A stretch of DNA of 58,004 nt, the filler included, from Bipalium vagum (Eukaryota): the NCBI GenBank assembly GCA_037834085.1. It is 3 parts of 3 records of this genome, joined end to end, with 100 filler letters (N's around TTAATTAATTAA, not from the genome) between each part and the next. Parts side by side here need not be neighbours in the genome. Positions count along the whole stretch, not along the records: positions 1 to 17,855 come from JBBMKC010048464.1; 2 more parts are not named here. One strand, written 5' to 3'. The position numbers and the translations under genes were made by a program. Positions 1 through 13,157 of this stretch are shown here, piece after piece (within the stretch, counting starts at the first letter, position 1; every line of letters starts with the position of its first letter). The notes under the pieces are model-generated. The model was not told the origin of the DNA, did no database searches, and saw only the letters and a program-made list of their open reading frames with translations.

Positions 1-133
1 AATCATTAATTATATATGTATAAAAAATAAATATTTACATTTTAAAAAATCCGCAGAATTAACTGGTACACCTAATAGTTGTTGACCCTTTTTCTAGACA
101 TATTTTCATGAATTTCACAATATGAGATCTTAC

Positions 134-643
134 AGAAGACTCCGGGCCCTGTTTCCCAAAGAGAACGCCTTTGGAACTGAAAAAGAAAAACAAAAATAAA
201 GAAATCATTTTTATTAAAAAAACATTTTTTCAAAATAAATTTAAAGTGTTTTTTCTATTTTATTGATTTTTCTCAGTTTTCTGATTACGTGATGTTCTTT
301 TGAAATTTTTCACCGCTTTCAATGCTCGTTTATCTGCACCTATCGGATCAATAGATGTAAAAAATTAAATTAAAATAATAATGCTAATAAAAAAGATTCG
401 TAAAAAGTCTTTCGTACGACGACGACCACCACCACCATCACCTTCATAACACTCGATGAGGTGACCACCACTAATATTGTCCAAAATTAAGTTACCTATT
501 TCGATGGGTTTTTCTAAAATAATAATGAAAAAATAAATATCCTTAAAAGCAAATTACTTTCTAAATATTGATTACATAGCGTAATGAGATCACTATATTT
601 GCAACATTCACCTTTTCTGATAGCACCCTGCGCCTCACAAATC
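134..643 (-). CDS. Candidate short-exon gene fragment (exons 643-558, 513-496, 339-289, 176-134), possibly a secreted peptide precursor
   Basis: GT-AG introns (44, 156, 112 nt) join in one open frame: ICEAQGAIRKGECCKYSDLITLCNQYLE-KKPIEI-GADKRALKAVKNFKRTS-LPKAFSLGNRARSLL. 5' exons not found (N gap nearby). No recognised homologue. Confidence 0.35.
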
Positions 644-857
644 CTGTTAATAATAATTCATAGTTACCATCAATTCGTTTTGATCACTCATTATTTTGAT
701 CACTGTCATGTTCTCTTTTTAATTTTATGCAATAATCATTCTGTCATTATTATAATCATTCTGCTGTCAGGAAGGACTGTTTTAATCTTCTTTTAATTAA
801 TCTGATAATAAATATTTTACTCCATTCCACTTACAACGGAAATATTCAGAAAATATG

Positions 858-1160
858 NNNNNNNNNNNNNNNNNNNNNNNNNNNNNNNNNNNNNNNNNNN
901 NNNNNNNNNNNNNNNNNNNNNNNNNNNNNNNNNNNNNNNNNNNNNNNNNNNNNNNNNNNNNNNNNNNNNNNNNNNNNNNNNNNNNNNNNNNNNNNNNNNN
1001 NNNNNNNNNNNNNNNNNNNNNNNNNNNNNNNNNNNNNNNNNNNNNNNNNNNNNNNNNNNNNNNNNNNNNNNNNNNNNNNNNNNNNNNNNNNNNNNNNNNN
1101 NNNNNNNNNNNNNNNNNNNNNNNNNNNNNNNNNNNNNNNNNNNNNNNNNNNNNNNNNNNN
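858..1160. other. Assembly gap (N run)
   Basis: Run of N. Confidence 1.
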
Positions 1161-3269
1161 AAAATACTTTCTGAAATATTTTTTTAAAAATTAAACTTTT
1201 TCATAAATTTTGTAAGGCTCTGATTATATAATTGTGTTATTTTTGTTTTGAATTGATTATATTGTTTTTGTGTCACGATGATATTGTTAAGTTTTTGATT
1301 TATTATTCCCCGTCGAATATTTGCTTTATTTATTTTATTTACAGAAAAGTTGGTCTCGCTCATTTTATTTATATTTGTTTTCCCACTGTCTATACGGCAA
1401 TTTACACTGAATAGGGGAGAGATATCACTTATTGATGTTAACTGTTTAGAGGTCGGAAATTTCGCAACAGAATTTAATCTTAGGGGATAATTTCGATGTC
1501 GATTATTTAGAAAACCATTTTGATTACCGAGTTAGATCGCCGCAAGGTATGACCCATGTCTCTGCCGTGAAAGGAAAGGTCTTCTAATAACCTCACTTCG
1601 GAATCTTAACCGAAATTTTAAATGTCCCAAAATGTGTAACCAATATTTTGGGTTCAGATTGTTTTATATATGTACTGATATGTATCCTTTTCATCAGTTT
1701 ATTTTCAATAAGATCAAATTTAATAAATGAATTAAAAATATTCTTTTTTTCATTTAAATTATTTATTAATTTTAGCAAAATATTTAAATTGAAAACTTTG
1801 ATTAAAATGTGCAATTAAACTTGTCCCAGGAATAATTACCAATGAATAAATAATAATAAAATTAATTTTTATTTAGTTTGCCTTTGATGAATGATAAAAA
1901 ATTAACAATGATTACATTTGATGTAAAATTATTTGTGGAAAGGCAATAATAATAATTATGAATTAGAAATTATTTTTTAAAAAAATGAAAAAATAAATAT
2001 TTATCATTTTTGATAAAATAATTATTAATAAAAAATATCTGAGAAATAAAAAATTAATTAGAATGTGAAATTATAAATAAAAATTAATCACATTGAAATT
2101 TAAATCGATTTAAATAATTCTTAATTTACCAATAAATATTAATTAATATTAAATATATTAAATAGACCATTCAGTAAAAAATAATTGTTTTATGGATTTT
2201 AAAACTCATTAGAAATATATATTTAAGTAGTACGTATCCTATCTACCCGGACTAGGTATGACAGGCAACACTCAAGCAATCACTTTTAATAAAAATGAAT
2301 AACTAATTTTAACTTAATTTTATGACTCTTAATAAGTATTTTTGAGAAAAAATATTTTTTTAACAGTTCTTTTAATGTTAAGTCAACTTTCTTGTTTTTC
2401 AGGAACCTTGAAAGTCCATCAGACAGAATGAGAAACATATATCAGATAAGAATAATGAATTGTTTCCTTATTGAGAGAACAATGGTATTGAATTCATTCA
2501 ACTGGTCTTGGGAATACTTATACTTATTTTCCGGTATCTCATAAATTTGTTTGAATCTGAAATTATTACTTCTACATCACATTTTATATATTTTGAAATT
2601 AATACATAGCATATACAAGGTATTATTGTATTCGTAAGGAGTACATTTTAATTAATGTTAATAAAATTAATTTTTAAATAATTTAAAGAAAAGATTTTAA
2701 ATTAATATGTTAAAATTTAATCCGTTATGTAAAATAAATGTGTTGAAAATAATTTTTATTAATTAAAACAAATTTCTTTTTTAAACGTAAATAATTAAAT
2801 TATTCTTAATAATTAATTCTTTAAATAAATAATAAAAGGAAACATCTTTTAAACGACGAGATTATTTTCGTCAAATAAAAATTATACACAATCATGATTT
2901 CATGAATTCTGAAAATGTAGATAACGTTCATTATTTATTACATTCACCCCAATGCTCTCTTAAAAATTATATAAATCTCACAATTAAAAAATCGTATATT
3001 CATTAAAATGACTCTAAATTCAGAGTCCAAAAGAAAAATTTTAAATTATTTAATTTTAATTTATTAATTATTTTCCGGGAAGTGAAAACGAAGAGCTACT
3101 GCTAACCATTAAAAAATAATTATTAATACACAAATAATTATTTTAGAGAAATTTTAAATTATAATGGAGAACTTTCAAACAAAATATTAGGTTATAACAT
3201 TATGTCGAGATTTTGAATATTATATATTTATAATCAATAAAACATTTATTTACAAATAATGAAAAATCA

Positions 3270-3900
3270 ATTGATAATATAATTTCTACTATTATGTAGT
3301 AATTTCTCCCATCTTTCCACAGGTTTATTAAAGTTTTATTCTAGAAATCTTCTGAACTTTTTAGAAAGAAATTACTCAAATACTTTTTAAGATCCTCATT
3401 TCTGTCAAAAGTAATACTTTTCATTTGGTGTAAAAGCAGGAAAGGATCTCCGAAGGCATTTCGGGCTAAGATGGTGAAAAATGTCTTTGACTCGTTTGTC
3501 CTGTCATTATTTTTTCTGTATCATTTCTCAGTGTGTAATCCAGCACAGTTCCATGAAACATTTATATGATATTTTTGAGATGCAAACCTTGATTATTTCT
3601 AGGCGTTACTGTGAATCCTGGAAACTATTAATCCTTCTTGTGCTTCAAATTTGTATAATTTCATGACAAATCACGCCGCGTGTTGCTGTGTGTCTGGTAA
3701 AGATTTTGAAATGCAAATTTTAAGTGACTTTCTTAAATATTTATGTTTAGCCAATATCACACGGCACCAGTTTTTTGACTATACTCATTTGATTTTAGGT
3801 GGCGGCACACCGTCAAGTATTTGCAGTTCATCATTTGAGAAAAATCTCTCCATATTTGACTGCTGTTCTCTTTCAAAATGACATCAATCGATCATCATAC
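3270..3900 (-). mobile_element. Degenerate mariner transposase remnant
   Basis: Minus-strand fragments IVKKLVPCD (cf. WVP motif) and KSITFDRNEDLKKYLSNFF...ERWEK (mariner C-terminus), with many stops and frameshifts. Confidence 0.55.
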
Positions 3901-4334
3901 CTAATTCAATTTTTTCAGTTAATCAAAACTAAGAATCAATTTAATTGTAATATTAACAGTGACATTTACAGATATTATAAAAAAAGAAATTGTTGAACAT
4001 TATTTTTTAAATTTATTTATTTACAGGAAGTATATAAAACGATATCACCAATATCACAAAATAAGTAGAAGTATAAGCACTCAGGTATTATTTATTATAT
4101 TTCAAAATGTCATATAAAAGCATGGTACAAGAAATGTCTACAAATAAATGTGATTCTGAAAGAATATGACGAATATTTTGATGATATAAATCCCTATATT
4201 CTAATCAATGAAAGTCTTTTGAGCATATATGTGTAATATAATATTTGAAGAATCTTAATTCATATAATTGCCAAGACTTTGAAATAGAAATAAATCAGAT
4301 CATCCATCACCAAAGGTCTGATCACTAGTTTCAA

Positions 4335-4403
4335 TCATAATGAATCTGAGTATGTGGGTATTGTGCTTGTTTTCATCATTTTCGGAAGGCTTTCCATACA
4401 TTC
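4335..4403 (-). CDS. KCNN: SK (small-conductance Ca2+-activated K+) channel, last coding exon
   Basis: ttttaatttcag acceptor; ECMESLPKMMKTSTIPTYSDSL*; phase-0 join to the upstream exon across a 99-nt intron; SLP aligns with the ALP after the SK coiled coil. Confidence 0.8.
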   Translation of the reverse strand, partial: ECMESLPKMMKTSTIPTYSDSL

Positions 4404-4502
4404 CTGAAATTAAAAAGAAATGGAAACACCATCAAAAAATCATTATTTTTTTTTTCAAAAGCATCATGTTCACAAAAGGAAAGTCAATGATAGTTTAATT
4501 AC

Positions 4503-4604
4503 TTGCAGTTTCTTTAAATTTTGATCTAAGATCTCTAAAGTGTGATGTAAATAGTTTTGTTCAATTCTCATTTCGGTCACTGTTTCATAAATGCTTGTTT
4601 GAGT
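4503..4604 (-). CDS. KCNN: SK channel, coiled-coil exon
   Basis: 102-nt exon bounded by tttag / gtaatt; TQTSIYETVTEMRIEQNYLHHTLEILDQNLKKLQ resembles SK TQNIMYDMISDL...LETKL. Confidence 0.88.
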
Positions 4605-4721
4605 CTAAATAGAAGACAAATATAATAAAATATTTTTATTATTTTCCACTGTTTTTATCAACATAGTTTATTCTAATTTCTCTTGTGAGACAAAGTTCCA
4701 TAATAAATAAAAAGGATTTTT

Positions 4722-5100
4722 ATTAGGATGGTGCATTAAATTTATTAAAAAGTTTTAATATCTATTTTATGACAAGTAGATACAATAATTCAATCAAAGT
4801 ATTTTCTAGCATCAAATGACCTCAATTTTTAAATCTGGCAACGTGGATATTCCGTGGAGATTAAATGATTTCTCCTTAGAATGAATGAAAGTATTTTTTA
4901 TAATAAATTCATCATTTGATATTTTTAGTTGATTTTAATATCATTCACACTCTTGAATAAAAAGAAGTGTGGTTCATATTTGAATAAAATTTTTGTTTCA
5001 AATTAAAGTACACAGATTACCATTAATTATCGAACTCAACATCATTCACATGTCCTAGAGCACGTTTGTTCATGTCTATCGATGAAATACATTTTTTATT
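4722..5100 (-). mobile_element. Degenerate mariner 3' remnant
   Basis: TATTAGG-type end at 4722; FIHSKEKSFNLHGISTLP resembles mariner FF.SK..FY..GI..LP. Confidence 0.45.
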
Positions 5101-6060
5101 ACTTTTTTACACATTTCAGATGAAATTCAAGCAAACGCGTGTTCGGCATTGGTTTTGAGAACTTCAAAGGTGTCTAGCTTGTCTCTGTAGAATCTCACAA
5201 ATGATTTCGTATATCCCCAAAGAAAAAAATCAAGAGGTTTCACATTGTATGAATGAGGCAGCCACTTGATTGGTCCATTACTTGAAATAGACCTTCAATA
5301 ATCTTTGACTTTAATAATTTGACTGTTTGAGAAGCTTTGTTGAAAGTAAAACCGCCTGTTAAAACCACATGTCACCCAACCTAAGATCTACAATTTTCAT
5401 GAAAAAAATATTCATTTAACGTGAAGCAATATCTTTTCTCATTTACCGTAACCAGTTTTCTAGTTTCATTAAAAAAGAAGTATGGACCGACAAAGTCTCC
5501 AGCATGAAAATTACACTAAGCAGTGATGTTTTTGGTGAGTATAATGGCATCTTTTGCAGCACATCTCAGTTTGAGCTTCACCAAATCGAAAAAATTTTGT
5601 TTATTCACAAAGTCAAAAATAAACTTCATCTGTGAAAATCAGTAAATTTTCAAGTTTGTTCAAAGCCCACTTTGATAATATTTGTCGCAATAAATAGTCA
5701 ATTTACTTCAATTCTTGAGTCTGCAATATTTTTATACGCCGCACATTTTAGTCTTTTTAGAATAGTAATATTCATAAGCGAATATGTTGACTCAAGCTTT
5801 TTCACCGGACTGTCCACTGTTTTTCTAGTCAGATGGTTAAAACTTGCCAAAAATCGGTTTAAATATAGTTAAAGTTTCCACAATTGAATGGGTACTTTGG
5901 TAATAATTTTAAATTATTTGCAATCGTTGTTCATTTGTAAATTATTACATTTAAAATGGTGAACATTAATAAATGTAAATACGAAAATTTAAAACAAATG
6001 AAATTAAATATAAATGTTATGTTCAAAATAGAAAATGCGTCGTGCTTAATAAGGACTCTT
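5100..6060 (-). mobile_element. rosa/DD41D-type Tc1-mariner remnant
   Basis: Fragments TNEQRLQII..YYQ, LIFTDEVYF, VGPYFF and eroded WP..SPDLTPLDFFLWG-like segments typical of DD41D transposases. Confidence 0.7.
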
Positions 6061-7933
6061 TATGTTAATTTATTTTGAGATTTTTTAAAAATTCCTGTAA
6101 GCTTTAGTAACATTTTGAGAAAATTTTATAATTATATATTTAAAATATGATTTGTAAATTTATTATTATTTAAAGTCTGGATTATTTTTTTAATTTTTCT
6201 ATAAATTTCTCTTTTCTTACCTTTTTTGTTAAAAAATAATTAAATTTATTTACTGGTTGAATATACTTTTATAATTAATTTGATTTAATTTATTTGATTA
6301 AAAATAAAATCTAATGCAAATACAAGCTTACAGTGAAGCCTTTTTTAAAAAACAAGATATTTTTAGCTCTATATTTTATACAATATGGAAATTTTATCTA
6401 CTTAAATATTAATATTCAGAACCGTAATTTATACACAGGTAACGAATATGTTTTCCCCACTTTCCACCTGAGGATTCACTTATATAAGAATCAAATAATT
6501 TAATATATAAAATAAATAAATTATTATAAATGATTAATTCCTAATTAGCCGAGCTCAGTATTATCCATATCAGTTTCAAGATCAATTCATATAAGCCGGT
6601 TTATTTTAATTAAATATTTATTTATAATTCTTTAATTATTATATTTGCAAAATTAAATATAATTTCTAAAATCAGAAAAGCATTTTATGTACTTATATTT
6701 TTATTGAGATTTTTCTGATCTTCTTTTTACGTTTCACTTTAGTCTTTAGAAATAAACATGAAAATAAATTCTACCATAGAAAGAAAGATTAAGTAAAAAG
6801 CAGTTCGAATAGAAAAGGTTCTGTAATAAAACAATCTTTTTGTGTCCAGATAAAGGCTGCTAAATGGAACATAACATGGCGTATTATCATTTTATGTTTG
6901 CCCTCGACCATCTTTATAAGACATGATTCTTGAATTCTTATTTTATTCGTTTATGGGTGAGATCTGATGATTTTGCGTAACACCCTGTAAATAAAAAATG
7001 TCTTTTCTTTAATGTTACACAAAAAAGGAGCGGGTCAAGATATTAGATAAAATGTAAGAAGATCTGAAGCATTCTGCTAACCCTTTACTTAGTTCGACAA
7101 GAAAAACCTAAAATCTATTCAAATATAATTTTATCGTGAAAGTTGCATGGGTAATTGAAAGAAATTTTTCAACCTCATTTTTACGATAAGACAGTAAGGC
7201 TAAATAAATACTATCTTCATTAAAATACTTAATTAATGCTAAAGATAGAATCATAAAAATCATCATTACGTGAAACTAAAGAAAACTATTCAAGGCGTCT
7301 AAAACTGATATCATGTTTGCTCAAGATATTATCTAAAGTCATGATAATCCACTGCACAAGTAAATTAGTTTATGACCCACATGCTTAATTAAGCTTTACC
7401 AAAAACCTGTCTAATTTACGTTATAGACTCAGAATAGAGATGATATCACCCTAGGGAAAATAATTTGTAGATGGAAGACTTACTTCATACGAAATGTAAT
7501 TTTAAAAGATATATAAGTACAATAAAATAATTCCAGTGCAAAATTTTGATATTATCTTAAACAGTTTTGTTTTTCTTTTGATACGATCTTGTGAATATCC
7601 CAAATTCTGTTTCCGTAATCAATAAAGAAAGGATATTATTATAAATATCACCACAAGAATATGTTTTATTGAGAAATGCGCCTAAGCACAACATCAGAGG
7701 TAGAAAGAAGCTTTTCTTGTTTGAAAAATATGCTTAGAAGCAATCGGAATTTCAAAATGGAAAATATTAAGATGTACTTTTTGTTAAGTTACAATACTTC
7801 AAAAAATTGTTATGAATCATGTTATATGAGTAGTGAATAAATAAATACTGTTCATATTTAATTTTCTTTTGATTTATTTGAATTATAATTTAAAAGGGCA
7901 ATAAATTCAAAAAAGTCAACATTTTACAGTTTA

Positions 7934-7998
7934 TAGGTCAATTTTTAGTAATTAATAGGTCAAAACGTTAGGTCAATTTCAATGACTTTTTAGGTCAA
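7934..7998 (+). repeat. Four TAGGTCAA direct repeats
   Basis: Copies at 7934, 7956, 7969 and 7991. Confidence 0.85.
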
Positions 7999-8179
7999 TT
8001 TTTTGGGAACCCTAATTATAAGAATATTATAGCCTTAATTCAACCAAAGGGAATAAACTGAAAAATACAGGGAAAGATTATGCCAATGACTTTTTGAGAA
8101 CAGCAAAGCATAATCCTAAGTGATTTTTTGAGAACATATAATAGAACAATTAAAAAGAAAAGTATTGTCAGACGTTAAC

Positions 8180-8614
8180 AAAACTTAAAAGAGCAATTAA
8201 AGAATAAAAACATTGAGAAAATTACTTAATTACCAGACCTCATGATACTTAATGCACGACCTCCCTCAAAGTTAACTCATAGTCCGGATCTAGCACCATC
8301 AGATTTATATTTATTTAGTAATTTAAGGAGACATATGAGTGACAGACAATTAATTTAGCCGAAACTCAAAAACTTATGTATACATGTTATGATATGTTAT
8401 AACAATGTTGCAAAAGCCAAGATAGACATGTTTACGAGGCTGTTTTCACATCATGTAAAGAAAGATGAAAGAGATAAGTTAATGAAGAAGCTGAATATAT
8501 TGTAGTGTAAATATGTAGCTTAACATTGTACCTTGATTATATATTAAAAATTATTTTATTCGTTTTATCTTTTTATTTATTGTTTAACATTTAAAACTTT
8601 TTGAACGGCCTAAT
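8180..8614 (+). mobile_element. mariner 3' remnant
   Basis: HSPDLAPSDLYLFSNLRRHM (YSPDLAPSD motif); TIR-like end AAAACTTTTTGAACGGCCTAA+TA. Confidence 0.78.
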
Positions 8615-8924
8615 ATGTATGTGTCAGTAGAATATAATAATATATTTATTTGAAGGTTATTCATCATAACTGCTCAAAAAGATTGCACTCATCATCAAAC
8701 TTTTATCACGATTTTATTTCTTTATTTTGTTAAGATTATTCTAAATCCTCAAAATAGACATACTCAATTGATTAAAATATTTTGCACTTGAACCAGGTTT
8801 AGAAAGTAACATAATTAAAGATTAATCTTCAAAATATGTAAGTTATAAGATTGTTTAATTAAGATTGTCATTACAATAGTGCATCTGTGCTTTATTATGA
8901 CAAGTACTTTATGTTCATTCATTT

Positions 8925-9183
8925 TTTCTTTCACAAACCTAAAATCTGCAGTTCGAGGAAACCGTTTCGAGACCATAGATGATATACAGCAAAATTTGTA
9001 GGACGTGCGGAACATCATTCCTGAAAGTAATTACGAAAATTGTTTTGCAGATTGAAAAAACGTTGGCATAAGTGTTTGAAATGGCTGGGGACTACTTTCG
9101 AAGGTGATGACAAAAATTTGAATGAATAAATGATAAACCTGTCTTTTACTTAATATTAATCTTACTACTTTTTGATTGTAGTA
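8925..9183 (+). mobile_element. mariner 3' remnant (irritans-like)
   Basis: LKSAVRGNRFETIDDIQQ...IPESNYENCFAD*KKRWHKC...FEGD followed by a TIR-like end. Confidence 0.75.
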
Positions 9184-9726
9184 TAATATTATTATACGCA
9201 ATGTTATTTATATTATTTTAATAATTTGAGACATTATATTATTATTCCTCATTTACAAAATTATTTTTACAAATTCATTTATTTAAATACAACTATTAAA
9301 ACAATTAAAGGAAATAATGTATTATTCATAAATTTCCTTTCTTGCGCAACGAATGCACAATCGAGTAATTTGTTTAATTAATGTATATATTTTTTATTTT
9401 TTAGTGTTTTTATTTTTTATATCGTTTTTTGATATTATTCGTTCAACCTTGTGAATTACTTTTGTATTACAAATGATTTTCAATTTATTTGATAGTCGGA
9501 TCAAAGTGCTTTTCTATCAATATTTTCTGTTTCCAGACATATTTATTGAATTTATTTTTATGTTGTTTATTTATAGTTCTAAGTGCATTTGAGAGATTCC
9601 GTAAAATATATGTGCGATAATTTTTTAATAAAAATATTATTATTATTTAAATTATATCATTACTATATAATAACTTTTGATTCAACCTGTTATATATAAA
9701 TATAGCAGGTAATAGTATATAATATG

Positions 9727-10317
9727 TAGTAGAGGCGGAATTATTCGGCACACTTTAATTAAATTGGTTTTTAATATTTCTTTATTAGGCTAATAATATA
9801 GGGTTTCTCTTCGTTTCTAGATGGTACGTAAATGACTTATAAAATCGCTCATAAACAATTTTTATCCCGTAATCAAATTTTGCAATGCAAGAAGTGGGAA
9901 CAACAATTTAACGATTGGACGGAACTAAAAATTAGTTAAAGGTTATATTTTCAGATGAAACGTACATTGTAGTGAATCTTGGAAACAAAAAGAGTCTTAT
10001 CTGAAAATTAACAGATGAACAACTTACTAGTAAACATGTAATACAAAAGGTCAAATTTCCTTTGAAAGTTATGGTTTTGTCTTGTATGTCGTGGTGTGGT
10101 CCTGTTCGCATATACATGTATATAGTAGAAGGTACAATTAGTGTCGAATCAAACCTTTAATAACTGCTAAAGGTCAACATATATCTTATTAAAATTATTA
10201 AAAACATTATCACACATTTATCTGCTTGCTGTTTGGAAATAATGTTGATTGTATTTGTAAATGTAATAAAATGATACACAAATAATGGTGTCCAAATAAT
10301 ACCGCTTTTCTACCGTA
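9727..10317 (+). mobile_element. Internally deleted Tc1-like element
   Basis: VIFSDETYIVVNLG...KVKFPLKVMVLSCMSWCGP...VEGT; imperfect TIRs (GTAGAGGCGGAATTATTCGGCACAC vs reverse complement GTAGAAAAGCGGTATTATTTGGACACC). Confidence 0.78.
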
Positions 10318-13049
10318 AATCTCAAATCTAATAATACTAAAAGGAAAAGTCTAATCATGCAGATTTGTCGTGCTCACATTAAACAATGTTTAAAAATAAA
10401 TAATAATATTTAAGAATAATTTTTTTATTTAACTCATGTATAAAAAATCATAGCAGAACGGTTCATCAGAATTTTTCAAATTATTTTAAAAAATTAATTA
10501 ATTTTTTATTTTATTTATTATTGCCTTACGAAAATTAAGCATTATCATTTATCATTAGTCTTTATTATTAATGATTAAAATATATTTGTTCCAAAATTAA
10601 TTTCCCATATGTTTCAGTTCCTTTTATCTAATAAGAAATAATTGCTTCTACAAAAATAGTCTATTAATCTTTAATGAAAATTGATATTTTTGTTTCAATA
10701 ATAACATATTATTATTAGTTATCATTTTTATTATTTAATTATTTAAAAAAAAATTTCAGAATTTTGAAATTAGAGCCAGAATAAATGATATATTTGAATA
10801 AATTATTAATCAAAAATAACATTGTAATGTTTCCAACTGAAAAATAAATCGTTTTCTTCTGATTTGATTTTATTCCTTCTTAAATAATAAATGTTTGTTT
10901 ATTCTTTTATATATTAAATAGAATTTAAAACAAAATTAGCATGAATGGTAAAAGTCAGACTGTGGTGAAAATCTATGGTAAATTAATATTATTAATGATA
11001 ATTTAAAACTAAATTATTTAACTTTTTAAATATTTAAATTATTTTCATAATTTCCAGTATAATGATGTGCAAAGTGAAGAAACCTCAAGACAAATGGTGG
11101 AATAGATGCTTGAACCTTGTAGTCATGACATTTGATTTTGACTTATTTGATTTTATACTATGACATTTTAAGTTTTGCAAATCCTATGATTATAATCAAT
11201 ACTTTGCGAGTTATTTCAGGAGCATTTGTGCCTAAGTTGTACTTGGACAAAAAATTATCTTAGTTTGAATTTTTTTACATTTTGTTAAATGGTTTAGAAA
11301 AATTATAATTAATAATCATTGAAAATTATTTGTTACAAAACGTGCTTAATGAAATTTAAGCTTTCGAATGGTAGCAAAATATAAATATAACACATAATAA
11401 TAAAAAATCGGTTAAGTAAGTAAATAAAAAACTATATTAGGTCTGTATAAGCCTAATGATATTTTATTCGATCAGTTTTATATTTTGTGTATCATTAATA
11501 TTTAACATATTGAGAGCATAACACAGAATGCGGGAATAAATTTCTGACATTATATTACGGAACTAGACGTTGTGTGGTATGATTTTGATACCGTTGACTA
11601 ATTTATAATTGTTTTCGTGATATTGTGTTGAAGTTTATATTGTGCATTATTGCTGTTATTTGTTGAAGTAATACATTTTATTGATTGCGTCAGTTAATTT
11701 TTCCATAGAATTATTACTAAACCTAACTAAGTTGAAAGTAAGAGATAAATCAATATGATTTGAACAGATAATGAAAATGAATCTTTTTAGAATTAACATT
11801 TTATTATAGTAATATTCTGGTGTCGACTAGAACAAGAGATAATAATCAAATTTCAATACATTTAATTAGAAAATACAATTAAATTTATTAAAATAATATT
11901 ATTCTTAAGTCTTGCACTGTAAAAGTCCATAATGTCTAGTAATAATCTTTGAAACAAGTAGAATAAATTGTATTTTATATAATCAATTAAAATTGTTTAA
12001 CTTAAGAAAATAACATTCTATCACGACTACTGATGATGCCATTAAAAAATTAATTTCTGTGATTAAATTAAATAATTAATTTTTCAGCTGTCAATAATTC
12101 AATTAAATTGTGAATTTTTATATTAAAAATTTCAAAAATGACAAATCTAATAAAAATGATAAAAATTTCTGGAAGACTTATAAAATATCCATTATTATTA
12201 TGTCAATTTTGTATTTAAATTCTAATTATAACCAATGAAGTAAATAAAAATTATAAAAATAATTTATTTCAATTTAATAGTTATTAAAAAATCATTAAAA
12301 AATAATCTTATCAAATACATCCACAGATATATATTATGGCCCATCAGTGAATAATTAATGAATATAAATAATTGATAATTTCTCTTTCAAAAGTGAAGTT
12401 TAAAAATTATTAATAGATAAATTTATTGTGAAGAATTGAATTTTATTATTAAATTTTCTAATAAATATTCCAGTAAAAAAATTTAATAAAGTAAACAGAA
12501 ATATTGAAAGTTTAATATTATTAAAAACAAATTCACATATTTGTTGACATGAGTAAACAATAATCAATTAATTATTGTTGTGAAATACATAAATTATTTA
12601 TTATAATTGACAAATTCGTATCCAGGTAATGGTAATAAAAACATAATACAATTTTGCAATTTTCCTTTGCAAAAGAAAACAAAAATATTTCAATTCGATT
12701 GATAAGACTTTTTATTGTTTATATTAATTAACAATTAAATGTTTATGGATTTATTATATTTATTATTTTAATTAAAATGTGTATTTATTTTCTTTAATTA
12801 ATGATTTTTATCATTTGAAAAGAATTTATAGAATATAATCCAGTTTCAGTCGGATTAACCGACCTTTCATTAACAGTTCTTTTGTTGCTAAAACTATAGA
12901 GAAATTCGATTATGATAAGCCTGTGGATTTTGTTTTAATTAAAATATTCAATTAAAGTCATTTTTAAGGAAACTTAATTTTTCTTTCAGTTTTTCAATTC
13001 CATCGTGAACTTCGAAAAGAAGTCAAATATTTATCATACGAAAATAAGA

Positions 13050-13157
13050 TTATTTATTTTGAAAGTTAAATTTTAAGACCATTTATGAATTAGAGAATTT
13101 ATATCGGCACACAATTAAAACAAATAATTACTACCACAATGTACCATCTTTAACCTT
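13050..13157 (+). repeat. Dispersed repeat, copy 1 (inverted partner at 15574-15690)
   Basis: Shares AATTAAAACAAATAATT...AATGTACCATCTTTAACCTT with the reverse complement of 15574-15650. Confidence 0.8.

Noticed and set aside
855-1187. ORFs 855-1187 and 30580-30765
   Set aside because: They consist of N gaps.
2400-2560. Possible exon on either strand
   Set aside because: Splice-like sites are present but the frames stop and link to no recognisable protein.
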